Shown here piece after piece: positions 13,801 through 27,300 of a DNA stretch of 64,000 nucleotides. Numbering within the stretch: position 1 is the stretch's first letter; each line of letters opens with the position of its first letter. The position numbers were made by a program, and so were the translations under genes. The stretch is from Lingula anatina (taxonomy: Eukaryota; Animalia; Brachiopoda). The stretch lies in assembly GCA_051362555.1 (NCBI GenBank), contig CM120641.1, forward strand, positions 16,430,001 through 16,494,000, given 5' to 3'. The notes under the pieces are model-generated. The model was not told the DNA's origin, ran no database searches, and worked only from the letters and a program-made list of their open reading frames with translations.

Positions 13801-16533
13801 GTCGATCAAAAATTATTTCTTATTTAGAAAGTGTGGGTTTGGCAATTGTATTTTCTGACAACGTTTGGAGGGACTACTTATTTTTGAATCCTTAAAATTG
13901 GAGTCTTTAATTTGTTCACTTATAAAACATTAATTTTTATATAAAAAAAAACTAGCATGAATAATACACACACGAAAGAAGGCATAAATACCGCGACAGG
14001 AATGTATTGTTGAATTGTGCATATACGGTATATCCAAGATTGACAGGTAATCTTCATTGTGGGGTTAAATTTACTAGCAAAAATACTATTGCACTTTCCT
14101 TATGGTGTTATATATAATACATGTAACAAAGCTGGCTTTTAGTATACTCAACAAATGCTGAATTATCGAACAAATTATTCTGTTTGTATGTATGTATTAT
14201 CATACTTAAGGCACTGTACATTAACTTCTGGGCCAATGAAGCTATGGGGAACGAGAAACGCATTCTAAGTGCCACGGTGCCAGCCGGCAGGTGGATCATT
14301 GACAGAGGTTTTGACATTGAGGCCTTGCGAAAGTAAGTGTGTTCTAAAAGTGTCGTGTAATAATATTGTTGAAACAGTATAAGATTCTTCTTCTGCTCAT
14401 TTTTAAAGTACTGTATATCTGTGGTCTTTTTATTTATGAAAAAGACCTGTTTGTCATCAATATGGCATTTGTAAGTGTATTCTTTCTAGCTGGGTAGATT
14501 TTATCAATATCATGGCGTATGACTACCATGGGAGCTGGGAGTATTCACCTACTGGAATTCACAACGCCCTTAACCCCAGAACTAAGGACCCGGCCCAAGA
14601 ATTCAATGCGGTAAGTTTATTTACAATGGTTATTGTCCTCAGACTCATCAGTAGCATTTCATTAATTTTGAACTCTCATTTCCAAATAAGTACATTGATA
14701 TATATGTAGGTTTTTCTTTTTGTAGCTAAAGCTGTCTTCAAAAATTTTATACCATACGCTGCACAAACGTGCATTCAGATGAGATATACATGTATTTTCT
14801 TATATAGAAATGGACTGTTGAATACTACATCAAAAATGGCTTCGACCCGGTAAACATCAATCTGGGCATGCCTCTATATGGGCGTACTTTTCACTTGGCC
14901 AATGACTTTCAATTTGGCGTGGGAGCACCCTCTACCGGAGCGGGGCCAAAATTCGGTCCGTACAGCCGAGCATCCGGTATGCTGGGATTTAATGAGGTAA
15001 GCGGTCTGGATGCGACTTAGGCTTTATGATCACGGTCTGTGCCCTGAATATCCCGCGGCGTAATTACTGGCAGCGCGAGCCAGTTACTATAAGTACTATA
15101 AGTATACTATAAGTATACTATAAGTAACTGGCTCGCGCTGCCAGTAATTACGCGGCGGGATATTCAGGGCACAGACCGTGATCATAAGTTAGCGCGAATA
15201 GAAAATAGATTTTTAGAAAATAGACATTCCATGTGAACGAAGCCTTAATTTGCCATTTTAATTTCTCAATTTTTTTATTTTCAAATCTTAATCAATTGCA
15301 GTACTGATTTCTTAAATTGCAAGGCTAATTGAGATTTTAAAAATAAATTAAATGTAAATGAAATTAAAACAACCAAGATTGTACAAAAAAAAAAAAAAAA
15401 TGAAATTAACTGCTATTCAAAAAGATCTTTAATCTGCTCCTATGTTCAGATTTGCCCCATGCTACTAGAGGAGACGGGTTACACGTTAATTTGGCACGAG
15501 GAGCACCAGGTTCCTTACTTCTATAACCGCCAGACTGGGGAGTGGGTCAGCTTCGAGTGCCCGATCAGTTCAGCACGCAAGGTAAATACGCATGTAAATG
15601 GCGGTATGTTATACAGTATAGTCCTTCTTTCATTGGATAGATGCGAGATGATGTTCATTTCGATTGATAGAAGTTGTCTGTAATAAACTTCATGTTCAAA
15701 CTGTATAAAATTTCCATGCTGTATCTTAACTCCTCTAACAGAGGAACGCTGCGAGTGGAAGGTAGCCTATAAGAAATCAAATTTAAGTCGTTATTTTCAA
15801 GTTGATGCATTTTGGTTGGATGCATTGTATCTAAAATGTCTGTCTAAAACGTTCGTAAATCGTTTATATTCATAAATGTTTTAGACCGATTCTGTTTAAT
15901 GGCACACCATTCGAATTATCATGACTGGTACTTGCAGGCACTCTACGTCGAAGAGCGGGGTCTCGGAGGTTTGATGTTCTTTTCCATAGATTCCGGTGAT
16001 TTCGATGGTACTTTCTGCAATTTTGGAATACAGCCGATTGTGGTATCCACTATCATCATATCGTACTATAACAAATCAATGGCGTTCATTGAACATTTGT
16101 ACAATTTTACAAGACACAGCAGCTACGACGAAACAGACGACTTAAGACCACCTTGTGACTTCAGTGATCATGGATGTGAGTACTTGCATAATGCCCAGCA
16201 CCTTATTGAATTGTTTCTTTGAACATGAACATATAGTTGTAAAATGAACAAAACACATCATCGCAAATACATAATGGCCTTTTATCGCTTAACTGTCCGT
16301 TTTTACTGTTTGAACATACATCCATTAAATTTTTACTTCATTTTTCAGTTACATGTTCTCCGGACCCCAATGGTATTTACCCACATCCCTGCCCGTACCA
16401 GTGTGACAAGTGGATTCACTGTTCTCATAATATCCCGTATATAAAGGACTGTCCCCTTGGGCAGTACTTCATCAACGAAACCCGGCGATGTGACTGGCCT
16501 TGGTTGACGCAGTGTCCCCGAAGTTTTACCTAA
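10877..16533 (+). CDS. Secreted GH18 chitinase-like protein with C-terminal CBM14 (peritrophin-A) domain; predicted catalytically inactive
   Basis: Exons: ATG 10877-10879|, 11390-11507 (or -11462; signal-like DFCSRLAVVVIFHVLYLVS), 12781-13002 (KRICF..RPGRGRY..LCTHLVYAFA), 13477-13733 (LKVMISIGGW..FDGVDINWCYPG), 14211-14332, 14490-14610 (DFINIMAYDYHGSW), 14808-14996 (INLGMPLYGRTF), 15450-15581 (VPYFY..EWVSFE), 15938-16175 (GLGGLMFFSID), 16349-16533 (Cys-rich CBM14-like ..CDKWIHC..DCPLGQYF..RRCDWP..C). All junctions are GT-AG and in frame. Confidence 0.92.
13139..13385. mobile_element. MITE with terminal inverted repeats and TA target duplication (Tc1/mariner/pogo-type non-autonomous element)
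   Basis: TA|GGGGAGACCGGGGCTAGTT...AACTAGCCCCGGTCTCCCC|TA, with the inverted match extending ~40 bp; intronic. Confidence 0.8.
15024..15187. repeat. Near-perfect palindrome (~63-bp arms) with a tandem TATAAGTA(TA)C core; probable MITE
   Basis: ttatgatcacggtctgtgccctgaatatcccgc...gagccagttac / gtaactggctc...gcgggatattcagggcacagaccgtgatcataa. Confidence 0.9.
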
Positions 16534-18378
16534 CCCGATGGAAAACTTCTCATATAAAACTTCTCAGGATATTCAGACCACGATCAGAGAGCTCTGAATG
16601 GCGTAGACTTGGGAAACAATGATAATAGTGAAGCCTTGTATCACACTATTTAACATATCAGTCATGGTATTTTAACGTACATGATTTCTCAACTCCTTTC
16701 TTGCTTTAAGGGGAACGTCGCTTTTTGGGGCCTAACTATGAATAATCTGACCAAACTGCTAATCGGTTGCAATCATTTTTAGCGAATATTGATCATTTTA
16801 GGGGTTAACGAGAGAATACGGGTTATCAACCGGATATGGAAGTCACTGCTAGTGCAGATCGGGGTGTAATGTAATGCGTAATTCATATAACATCAATGAC
16901 GCAAATATCCAGTTGATAGCCCCACCGCCCCTCTAGTTAATTTTTTTAATGATTTACAAGACCAGAAAACGAACGTAAATGATTACAGAATTAATATTTT
17001 ATTCAGAAAGTGACTAAGGCAGCAAATGCTCAGCAAAAGTAGTCAGTGTTGACTGTGAGGAGAAGCTTCTTGGGATAACAAGAACCTTACGTTATAGGCT
17101 TACCCTGTAATTGCAATTATATGTATGAAGTCTAGGTCTACGCCATTTCAATGGATCTACCTGAAACCAAATGTGCAAACACCGAGGAGACAATGTCACG
17201 CAAAAATCTTTTTTGGAATAAGGGTATAATAAAAGACTCGACATTCCACAGGGCTAGTCTTAATTGCTCTTCGAGGGGCTATTTATGTTTATCACAGGGT
17301 AGGCGCAGTACAAATTATATTTGTTGTTCTAGTATTTCAATTGACAGGATTTTACCACTACGTTTGCATAATTGGGAATGTATTATACTTGTTTTCTAAG
17401 AGAATTGTTATGCTCGTAAAAGTGATGGTCACTGCAGCATTCGAAACGTCAAGTCATTCTACGCGATTTAAGTGAATACAAAGATACATTTCTAAGAAAA
17501 ATAAAAATTGTGTCATTGTTTAATCGTTTTGACTGACGACACATTCGCCATTTTTGAGCTGAATCGTATTTTATGTGCAGTTCCGTGAGGTGCTTTTCAG
17601 TGACCATGGTGTAAAATTATCACTTCGGTTTGTTCTTACTATTTTTTTGCATGTCATTCCACGAGGTCATGAAATTACAGATTTTTATTACTATCGATTA
17701 CAATTTATCTGATATAAAATTGCTAGCAATGGAACAATATCAAAACAATATTTGGAAAAAATTAAAACACTCAGTGAAGCATCTATAAAATCATGTAATT
17801 TCTAGTAATATCTTTCAGCTTATTTAAAAATTAAATTCTTTTTCCCCTTTCTCTTGCTGTCTATGTTATCATACCATATCTAGTTGTTATTAAAATCATC
17901 CCCTAGCAGTGTAAAATCGCCCGACTGATGTAAACTGTCTTCATGACATTTAATGTATTCGTCCGTTTTCCCGACATTCCATACAAGATCATTGTCATTA
18001 TAGTACATGTGTACCATTCGACCACTGATTCAATATTACGACTGCACATGGCCTTGGGACGTATTTGATCAAAAGTAAGAAGAGATAAAAGCAATGAATT
18101 ATTCACGGACAGTCCTTTTAAGTACTAGAGATTTAAAATCACAAGACAGTTTTTTACAACAAATAATGATCCACGTAAGAAAAATATATTACTTACACTT
18201 TGGTATATTGTTCGCCAGTTTAACGTAAAATGGTCTTTGGTTGTATATTACACAAACAAATATCACAAATATCACAAATATAATTAAACAGACCTCTTTC
18301 ACCTCAACCGACGTCTAAAATATCTACAACAGCTCGAAATAATGTGTTCAGCTCTTCTAACCAATGTTTTTTCAATGT

Positions 18379-21300
18379 TTAAACAACAGTGCTTCGTATA
18401 GAATCTCCACCTACACTCTCACCGTCACCCTCTGGCAATGAATTCCTTTTCGTCTTAACCTGAACCAATGTGTTGCGTTCCCACGCATCTCCATCGGTGT
18501 CCTCGGAGTCAGATATGCTATATAAAACATTATCTGCCAGCAGTGAGTGGTTGTACAGTTCTTCACTTCGCCTGGACTTCTTTGGAGAAGTCCCATTACA
18601 CACCAACCCTAGCCGGTTACTATTAGCAAGAAGAGTAAAGTATTTCGTGTTGTTATTTCGGTTTGCTGATTGGGGTTGGAGATAAGCGCTATCGTCCATG
18701 GGGACAACATGAATACTGCCATAGTCATCTTCTGTTGTCACCCTCGGCACTACATCCAATCGCCCTAAAATATTGAATGAGAAATAATGAAAGATAAATT
18801 GCGGGAAACAATGAATCAACGAGTGAGTGATAAATGACATACACAGTTACTAGCATTTTTGGAGATTATAACGGTGGCAGAGATCGATAGAGTGGTTCAT
18901 CTAACGTGCTGACACAAATGGGCCGCTTTGTCTAACAAATTGTCCAATGTAGCTTACAACCTAGTCAAATAAATCTAAGTTAACACAATTTACGTAAGCC
19001 AATTCAGATTCCCCCCCAATCAGTTTTTGTCCTGATATCGATTACGAACTATCCATACTTTGTGTTTCCTTAAACACACATAAATTGTACACCTACAAAA
19101 TTTCAGAATGGTATATACCTACCAATACCATTAACTCTAGATGAATCCTGGTCATCGTCTACGATAGGGTTTTGTTCTACTGTATTGCTTAGGTCTAGGT
19201 AGTCGACATTTTCTTGCAACATCTTGTCAAAGATGTTCTCCAGTTCTTTAAACTCTGGACGACTTGTTGGCTCCTCCGCCCAACACCTGGACATTATGTG
19301 ATATCTAGGCAGAGAAAAGAATCATTTTGGGAATGGGCATCATATTTGTGCTTTCTTGTACTTCTGAACGTGCAAATAGCGTAATATTTGATTTCGATAT
19401 GCATATGCTACATACGGAAATATTTCATTTTCTTAAGGAATAAATGAAGAGAAAAGAGATAATAAATCTTGAATTCCTTCACAATATCCACACAGCATTC
19501 ACATATCACCACGGTAAAACAAACTGACAATCTGCACAGGTGGGAAGAATTAAGCAATCACCATTGGCTCACTTACAGTTCTTCTGAGCAGTTACTTGGC
19601 AAGCTCATGCGGTAGCCCGTTTTCAGTAAGTTAAATAACCGCTCTGGTGGGATACCTGGGTAGGGCGTGGCACCTGTGCATGAGCAAGCGATAGTATACT
19701 ATACTATACTATACCAAAGCATGGGTTTTACCATGTTTCTCAAGTAAAATATTTAGTTTGTAAACATTCATTTTTCACGCGTGGATGACATATACAGTAC
19801 TAATGTTTGTGGGTAATATGCAAAACTTGATTGTGAGCAAGATGGCATAAATTCAAAACAAAAAAGTATTTGGTTGACTTCAGGAAGTTGAAGCAGTCAC
19901 TAATTAAGGAATCGGCGATGAAGAAGTACCACAAATATTATCAAAGAATCTAGAAAATTATTTTCTTACCCAAAGTTACTATTTCCCATAGAACTATGCC
20001 ATATGACCACCTAAGAAAACAACAAATTTAAAATTCAAGACAGATGTTTCTCATAACTAAATAACCCGCCATACTTTTGTTTACTGTTTACAATCAAACT
20101 GTAAACCGTATGACCTGTCAATGGACCAACAACCTTGAACATCCTACAAAAGATATGAAACCTTTTAGCGACTGTTCAAAAGACAACCCATCGATTAATG
20201 CTTGCTTTTAAGTTTCAATACAGGAATTAACTGACGAAGAAATTACAAATTATCAATTACTTGAAAGCACGTGAACTCGTAGGAGTAATAATAAGAAGAA
20301 AATGTGCTTCCAGAAAATGGTGTGGGCAATTATGAAATTAATTTTCCCTTAGAAAAGGAGGAGTCTGCAAAGATGTTTTTTTCTCCGAGAAAAACGCTAC
20401 TAGGTTTATATGCCGTTGAATGTGGCTTTACCCATTACCATTAGTCTTACCAGGAAGAGAAACAGGACAAGTGCGTAAATGTACTTTCTTAAAAAATTAA
20501 ATGCACCTTAAGTACCGTTTACTAAAATGAATGGGCGTACTCACACATCACTTTTAGTTGTGTATATGTGATCATAAAGTGACTCCGGTGCCATCCATTT
20601 GACAGGAACACGGCCCTAATATGATGGAAACAGTTATTTTTATTCGCATTTGTAATATTGATCAGATCTTTGTAACATAATAAAAATATTAGTAATGTAT
20701 ATTTTCATCAATCTTTTTATCTACCCCTCTATTCATTATTTTTACTGCAAAACAGTACATACAAATTACTGCATTGATCTTTAATATTTGATATCATAAC
20801 CTACTCTGCTTCTCTTAGTGTATGTATCTTCTTCATAGACGTCCCTAGATAACCCAAAGTCGGAGATCTTCAATATCTTTCCAACGGAAACGAGGATATT
20901 TCTAGCAGCTAAATCACGGTGAACTACCTGCGTATGAAATAACGAATTTAACGTTAAAAAATATACATATTTTAGCATATAAAGCTATGTTGCCTTTTAT
21001 ACTTCAATATTTTTCTTTTCATACTGTTTATGTTTTAATATAAAAAGCTGCCCATAAAATTTAATGTTATGTTGGTATCAATAGAAAACTAAAAAAAAAG
21101 AATGCAAACTCTGTTAAATAGAAAAAAATGTATATAACTTTTATAGAAATGAGAAAAGGAGTAAAGTGAAAGATGGGGGCTTTGCCTTCATTTCCGATAG
21201 GTATTGCATTCCTTTAGCAATCTGCCATGCAAATGAGATGAGATCACGTGCTGTGACTACGTCATCGCCGGTGTCTTGGCCAATTTGTATTTCTGTTTGA

Positions 21301-24300
21301 AGTATACTCTCTGATGTGACGCTTCTCTTATCTTGCAGGTAAAGTGAATCCTTCTCCCGGCTTTCTCTTAGGTAATTACGCAGAGAACCATGTTCACAGA
21401 ACTCAACAATCATATAAAATGGACCTGAATTATTAAAAAATTCAATAAGTACATAACGTCAAATGCGTTTGGATCACCGCCCAAGCAATGATATTGGATT
21501 CAACTGGAGCATAAACAACATGCATGTACCATTACTATTTGTTTTATGTGACACCTCCCACCCTCCCTTCTCCACCGAATATTTAAACATGTTGATTTAT
21601 TAGCGTCCCTTAATACTGTTGATAGACCGTGGATTTAGATTTTTTTATTGGCTGATACATACCAAGGTCTGTGCACGCTCCAAGCAATTTGATAACATTA
21701 GGATGCGAAACTTCTTTCAGTAGCTGGTATTCTGACAGTAAATCTCTGAGTTCACTATTTGTGGCACAGTCTGGAAACGGAGTACTATATGTCTACAGTA
21801 ATTCAAAATGGGAAATGGAAAAAACGCAAACCATCTATTTAAAAATGGAAAGAGGACCAAGTAACAAAAAAATGAATATGATAATGGAATTTTGAAGAGC
21901 TGTAAATGAGAGTTCAACATACATATCTCTTGGGAAGAATGATTAAATCATGCCGTAGACATGATAACGTCTATTCACATTGATTTATCCATTTATGTTT
22001 AATTCAAAATGAGGTTTCGGTTGTGGAATAACTATATTGAGATAAATGGAGTACATGTTAGTTACATGGGAAACGCCTTACTTTTCAACATTTTGACTGC
22101 AACAGTGACGGAACCTCTTTTGCCATCCAATGAAAACGCTTGGGCTTTTAACACTCTCCCAAATTCTCCTTCCCCTAGAGTCTTTTCAAGAATAAGGTCG
22201 TCTCTAGAGAATTCCCACTTAGAATCGATCTGTAGAAAAAGACAGGATGGACACTTTAACTAAAATAATAAGTTGTTTTTGTCATTGTGTTCATTAAATG
22301 CGTACTGTTATAACTTGCTTAGCTTTGCACTTCATGCCAAGTCATTAAAACAGCAGAACGATGTAATCGCGACACTCCAAAACCATGTTGATGCGTCAGT
22401 GTCTCTTTTCATCTATTGAAAAACCACTCGATATTTATCATATCATCACGTTCATGCGTAAATTCTACTTCGCCTATTGGAATATCACTCAACTCACCAC
22501 TCCTTTGGGGATCTGAGGCCCAAGCCACTGCAGTTCTTGCGGATGTCCCCCGTCTAATATGGTATTGTTGGAGGGTCTTCTCTCACTATCGCTCACGTAA
22601 TCAGACGGTACAGCAGACACGGAAATCATGCTATTAGCATGCTTAAGTTTGCGTTTTCTCTGGGGCCGTTTTGCGATGAAGTGTTTCAGTATGCCAGCGA
22701 GCAGAACCATTAGAAATGTTCCTCCAACGCCTATAGTGATGCCGACTTTACATAACTGTCCACATTCATTTTGACTGTTTTTTAACATGACGGGCGCCGC
22801 TACTAAAAATAAAGCAGTGTTACTTTTGATTACGTGGAACTGAGTTTCATGTGTTCTTAATCATGTATGATACAAATCTGGCATCCAAACTGATTTAATA
22901 TTAATCTAAAATGGCAATTTCGCTTGGTTCAGATTAACACCTAACGCTACCTTTGCTTAAAAGAACTTCAAAGCCAATCATAATGATAACAGCATGAAAG
23001 ATCTGGAAAGAAAAGAAACGACTCAAACATTACCATATTTATATTTATCCACCAGTTTCGTTTCGTTTACTTTTACATTAGCCTTAGATGGTGGGGTCAA
23101 CGGTGGTTCCGCTTTCACGTGCTTTGGCAAACGGAGGGTAACGAGGGTGAGGTTATAGGAGGATTCTGCACATTCACATTGCATGTTTGGCCGGCAAAAG
23201 CAATCCATGGTATCAGACACACGTATGCCTTGTGCTCCTTGTGCTAGGGTACCGCCTATTACTTTGAACCCTGGTAAGCACAAAAGAAAAAACTACATGT
23301 AATTCCTGCCTATAAGGTTTTTACTTAGTGCAGGAAGGGCCATTTAAAATGCATTTGTAAGGTATTGCCACAAAACTATGCGTTTGAAATGTATCGTGAA
23401 CGAAGTAGTTTTGTGTTAATAATATTAAAGACTATGATTTTTGTGTTAATAATATTAAAGTCTATGATTTACAGACATAAGTTATATACTTAGACAAGAC
23501 AAAGTGGTATAACTATTATTTACCATAAAAACAGATAACATTTGGAAGATACATTGTTTACTTATGAAGAGACTATCAAGTGGTAATGTGTTGGACGTAG
23601 GTTTGTTAGCACTTACTAACACAGTCTTGTAAACATAAATGAGGCTCCAGTCTTTCCAATTCGTCACATACTCCATCGGGGCACGTCCTTACGTCAGGGG
23701 TACAAGTTCCGTACCCCTTTGTGCTCACTAACCCCAGGTCCGCCCCGGGTTTAAAGACACAGTCACCTGTGGGCGATCCAAAGCCACAGGCGTTGGTGCA
23801 GTTTTCAGGAGATTTTTGGAAAGAGCATGACTCTTCATCGCCAAAGCAGAACTCCTTGCTTTCATATATATTGACAATCAGGTGGACTCGGGAACCTGTA
23901 GTGGCCGTGTTATTGTTTTTCAACTCTACGGTCAAGTTCAATTGCTTAGCCGGCGTATTTGCTAACAGGGTTCTATTGATGACGTACACAATACCAGACG
24001 GTGACGTCACGCCAAATGGTTGAGGCTTATGTGAGGTGTGAACAATGCCAAATGTCCAGTTTGGGTCTGGTGTGCTTCCTTCGTATAGATTCAAAACCTA
24101 AAGTTAAAAATATTGCAATGGTTAAGAACTATTATATCTGATCATTCGTTGATTCAGAAATGAATATATTTGACAGCAAAAGTTTCCATCAAAAGCGAAA
24201 CTTTATCAGACATGGATTTTCTACTTAATTTCACATGAATCACCATCAGTTTTCGAGTCTGCTGAAAACTCACTTTTGTTGGCTGCATACCTTTGCATTA

Positions 24301-27300
24301 TTCAGTTACTGAAATTGTGACAGAGCGCAGGCTTAGTACAGATACTAGCAAGTCACTGTTATTAGGCATAATTCGAAACTCGGAGTGATTTGAGCAAAAT
24401 ACAACATGACTTATATATTGTATACGTACAATACATGTTACACGTTGATGTGTAATCAAGGAACACGATCCCATTGTAGACAATTAACTACTCACCCTAC
24501 TGTAGGCAGAGGCATTCCTACTGACAGACAAAGTACGAGAGCCTTGAAACCAGTCCATACTTGAGTCCCGGGTATGAAATGGAAGCTTCACTATAATATG
24601 AAAAACTGCCTGAAATAAGATAACAAGTACTCAATGAATAATCAAATTATCATTTATCAAATCAAACTAGAGATTTATCAGATTAAATCGCATATGTAAA
24701 TTTTGACTACGACTAAAGTGCTGCGCACATTCAGACGTATTTTAAAATAATTTTCTTCATTCGTACACGATACGCGACCTGCTCAGCGAAAAAAAGTTTA
24801 TATTTGCAACGTAGTGTAAACCCAGACATTTAGTTTCTGGGATAGTAAATAATCATAATTAGATAGATTATTAGAAAGATAAAATTCTGAACGTACCGTG
24901 GTGTTTCCAAAAGTTTCAGTCGTATCGTTGAAAACCACGTCAAATTGGTACTCGCTATCAGTTATAACCAGACTTCTGTTCCATTTTACAGCTAAAATAA
25001 ATCATATCTTATCTTAACAAAAGTTACTATATCTGTGTTACATTAAATTTGTCGACGAAGAAACTTCCCAGGTGGCAGTCCGACGAGTTCTCTGACTTAA
25101 GACAAATATTTTCTCACGGCGTTGTCGTTTCAAAGATCAGTTCTTCGTCAAAAGCATTGGAATATATTTATTTACATTTAAGAATACCATATGCATTTAT
25201 TCTTTAATTACTTTACGCTATGCAGAGACGATGTGATCTTATTTCACGTTTTTGTTAGAATAAGTTTATGAAAATTGATAATAAATGAACATTTTAAGTT
25301 ATTTCACACCAGAGACGTACAACATACCGCTTTTAAGAAATGAAGACATTGGTTGGCCAGCACCCATTCTGAATTGTCCTAAGGGATCATTTGCGATATA
25401 TATTTTATAGTCTTTGAACTTTTCCTCGTTGCTATCTTCGTCCTTAACAATCATATCTGTAAGTTTGCCATCAACCTACAAAATGTGACAATTGGTTAAT
25501 TATAAATATACAGTAGTAAACTGGTTATTTCAATAAAAACATCGATTGGATGTTTATGTCACGCAACACTCTTATATCTATAATCGTAGATCAACATACC
25601 ATATACTGTACTTAACAAGCTGTGCAGTACATTTGATTTATGCTCTTGAAAATTATTGCATATTCACCTTGATATCCGACGGGTCCTTGACCAAAACGGT
25701 TTTGGTATCATCTCTCCTCAGTTGACGTTTTCTTGCTTGGAATTTCATTATCACTGGACCGTTGTCGTTGACATCCAGGACTTCTAATACCCCTGCTTTG
25801 GATACGTTAATTGTTCTTCCAAAAGAGACGACATGACACTTGACTAAGAAATGTATACGCGCCGGTTTTCGCATACGCTCTCTGTCTAGCGAAACCTTCG
25901 TGAAAAGTTCCGCTGACTTTTTGCCAATTTCAATATCTTGATGTGGCTCATGAGAATTTCCATCTGTAAAAATGATTTTAATATATTTTAAAATATATTT
26001 ATTATAAGTAGATTTTAAAATATATTTATCACTCACACGATCGTTTTAAAACATTGTTTAGCTGCGAAAAAGTACTACAAACCCTTGCTATCAGTTATTC
26101 ACTGACAAGACCGAATGAAAACAAGGTTCAGCTATGAAAAAACCATAGAGTCCTATTTTAAATTATACATGTATGCTTCTTAATTACCAAGTGCTTCGTA
26201 GCGTTTGACCAAATCTGGGCACTGTCCATAAAAAACAGACTGCACTGTTCCAATACTACTACCAGGTCTGTTATTTTCTGCTACAGTCCATTTAAAAACG
26301 CCATTTCTGAAGCATATGCGTTCCACATCTTCTGTTTTTGCAATGTTGCACGGCGGTTTTCTGTTGGTCGAAATAACTGTTATCCTAACAGTAGTGACAT
26401 CACTTTCATTTCCACTGGTGGCCAAAACAGTCAAAAGAAAACATCTTTCGTGATCTGTAATGATAGTAAACATAACATATCATATCATCTTTGAAGGCAA
26501 GTGAAAACAAGGCAAACTTTAAGAGAAAGAATGGAAGATTTGAATTCTGTGTCACAAATTACTTTTATATTTTAAACAAGACAAATGCACGTGAGATATC
26601 ATTGATAATATTCGTGAGGCACTGCTGATGCCAGTTATGTAAATTTCTTTGTTTCTTTCACGTGGACCTTCATCTTATCTTCAACTTATCTTCAGGCTTG
26701 CCTCCTTAGCCGCTTATTAATAAGTTTCTTTTTACCTTATAGCTACTTTACCCAATCCCTTTCTTTTTTTTTTTTTTTTTTGTTATTGGGGCGTTTCCCT
26801 TCCGGCCTCTGTGCCATCTTAATTTCTCATCAAGTAAATTTGTGTAACACTTAAACTGGTCAATACAATCCATTTTCTTTTAAGTCTTTGTATATTTTAC
26901 TTTCTCTACAGTATTTACATGTATGTAATGTGTTTAGTTGTGATTCTTGTTCTACTGTGCGCATATGAAGGTGACATACATGAATCTAAAGGATTAAAAT
27001 CTCTTATTTAGCTTCTCATAATAAACACTGTAAACAACCTGCCTGCGTCCACTTTTTTCCTTTTCATAAGAAATAAGCACACACTGGACAAAGAAGTGAT
27101 AAATACCACATCCCTTTACTTCCTTGGAATTCCACTATTTCTATACTTATCAAACACCAAGTAACGAATGTCAAATAAAGTCTGTGTGCAGTCACGTGGC
27201 GTTCTCTTTCCGATGTGTTCTAAAGCAAAGCTGACAGAACTGCGTTTCCCCGGACTCCGTTATGACGTCAACGCTGTCAGTGGCATTTGCTTAACAAATT

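Noticed and set aside
15084-15128. Short tandem units resembling a CRISPR-like array
   Set aside because: No unique spacers, eukaryotic context, and it is the loop of a palindrome.
23407-23470. Small tandem duplications (also ~34318-34395 and ~34857-35020)
   Set aside because: Ordinary local slippage duplications with no further structure.
23721-24023. + strand ORFs overlapping RET exons (also 18470, 21671, 22009, 22416)
   Set aside because: Antisense shadows of RET coding exons.
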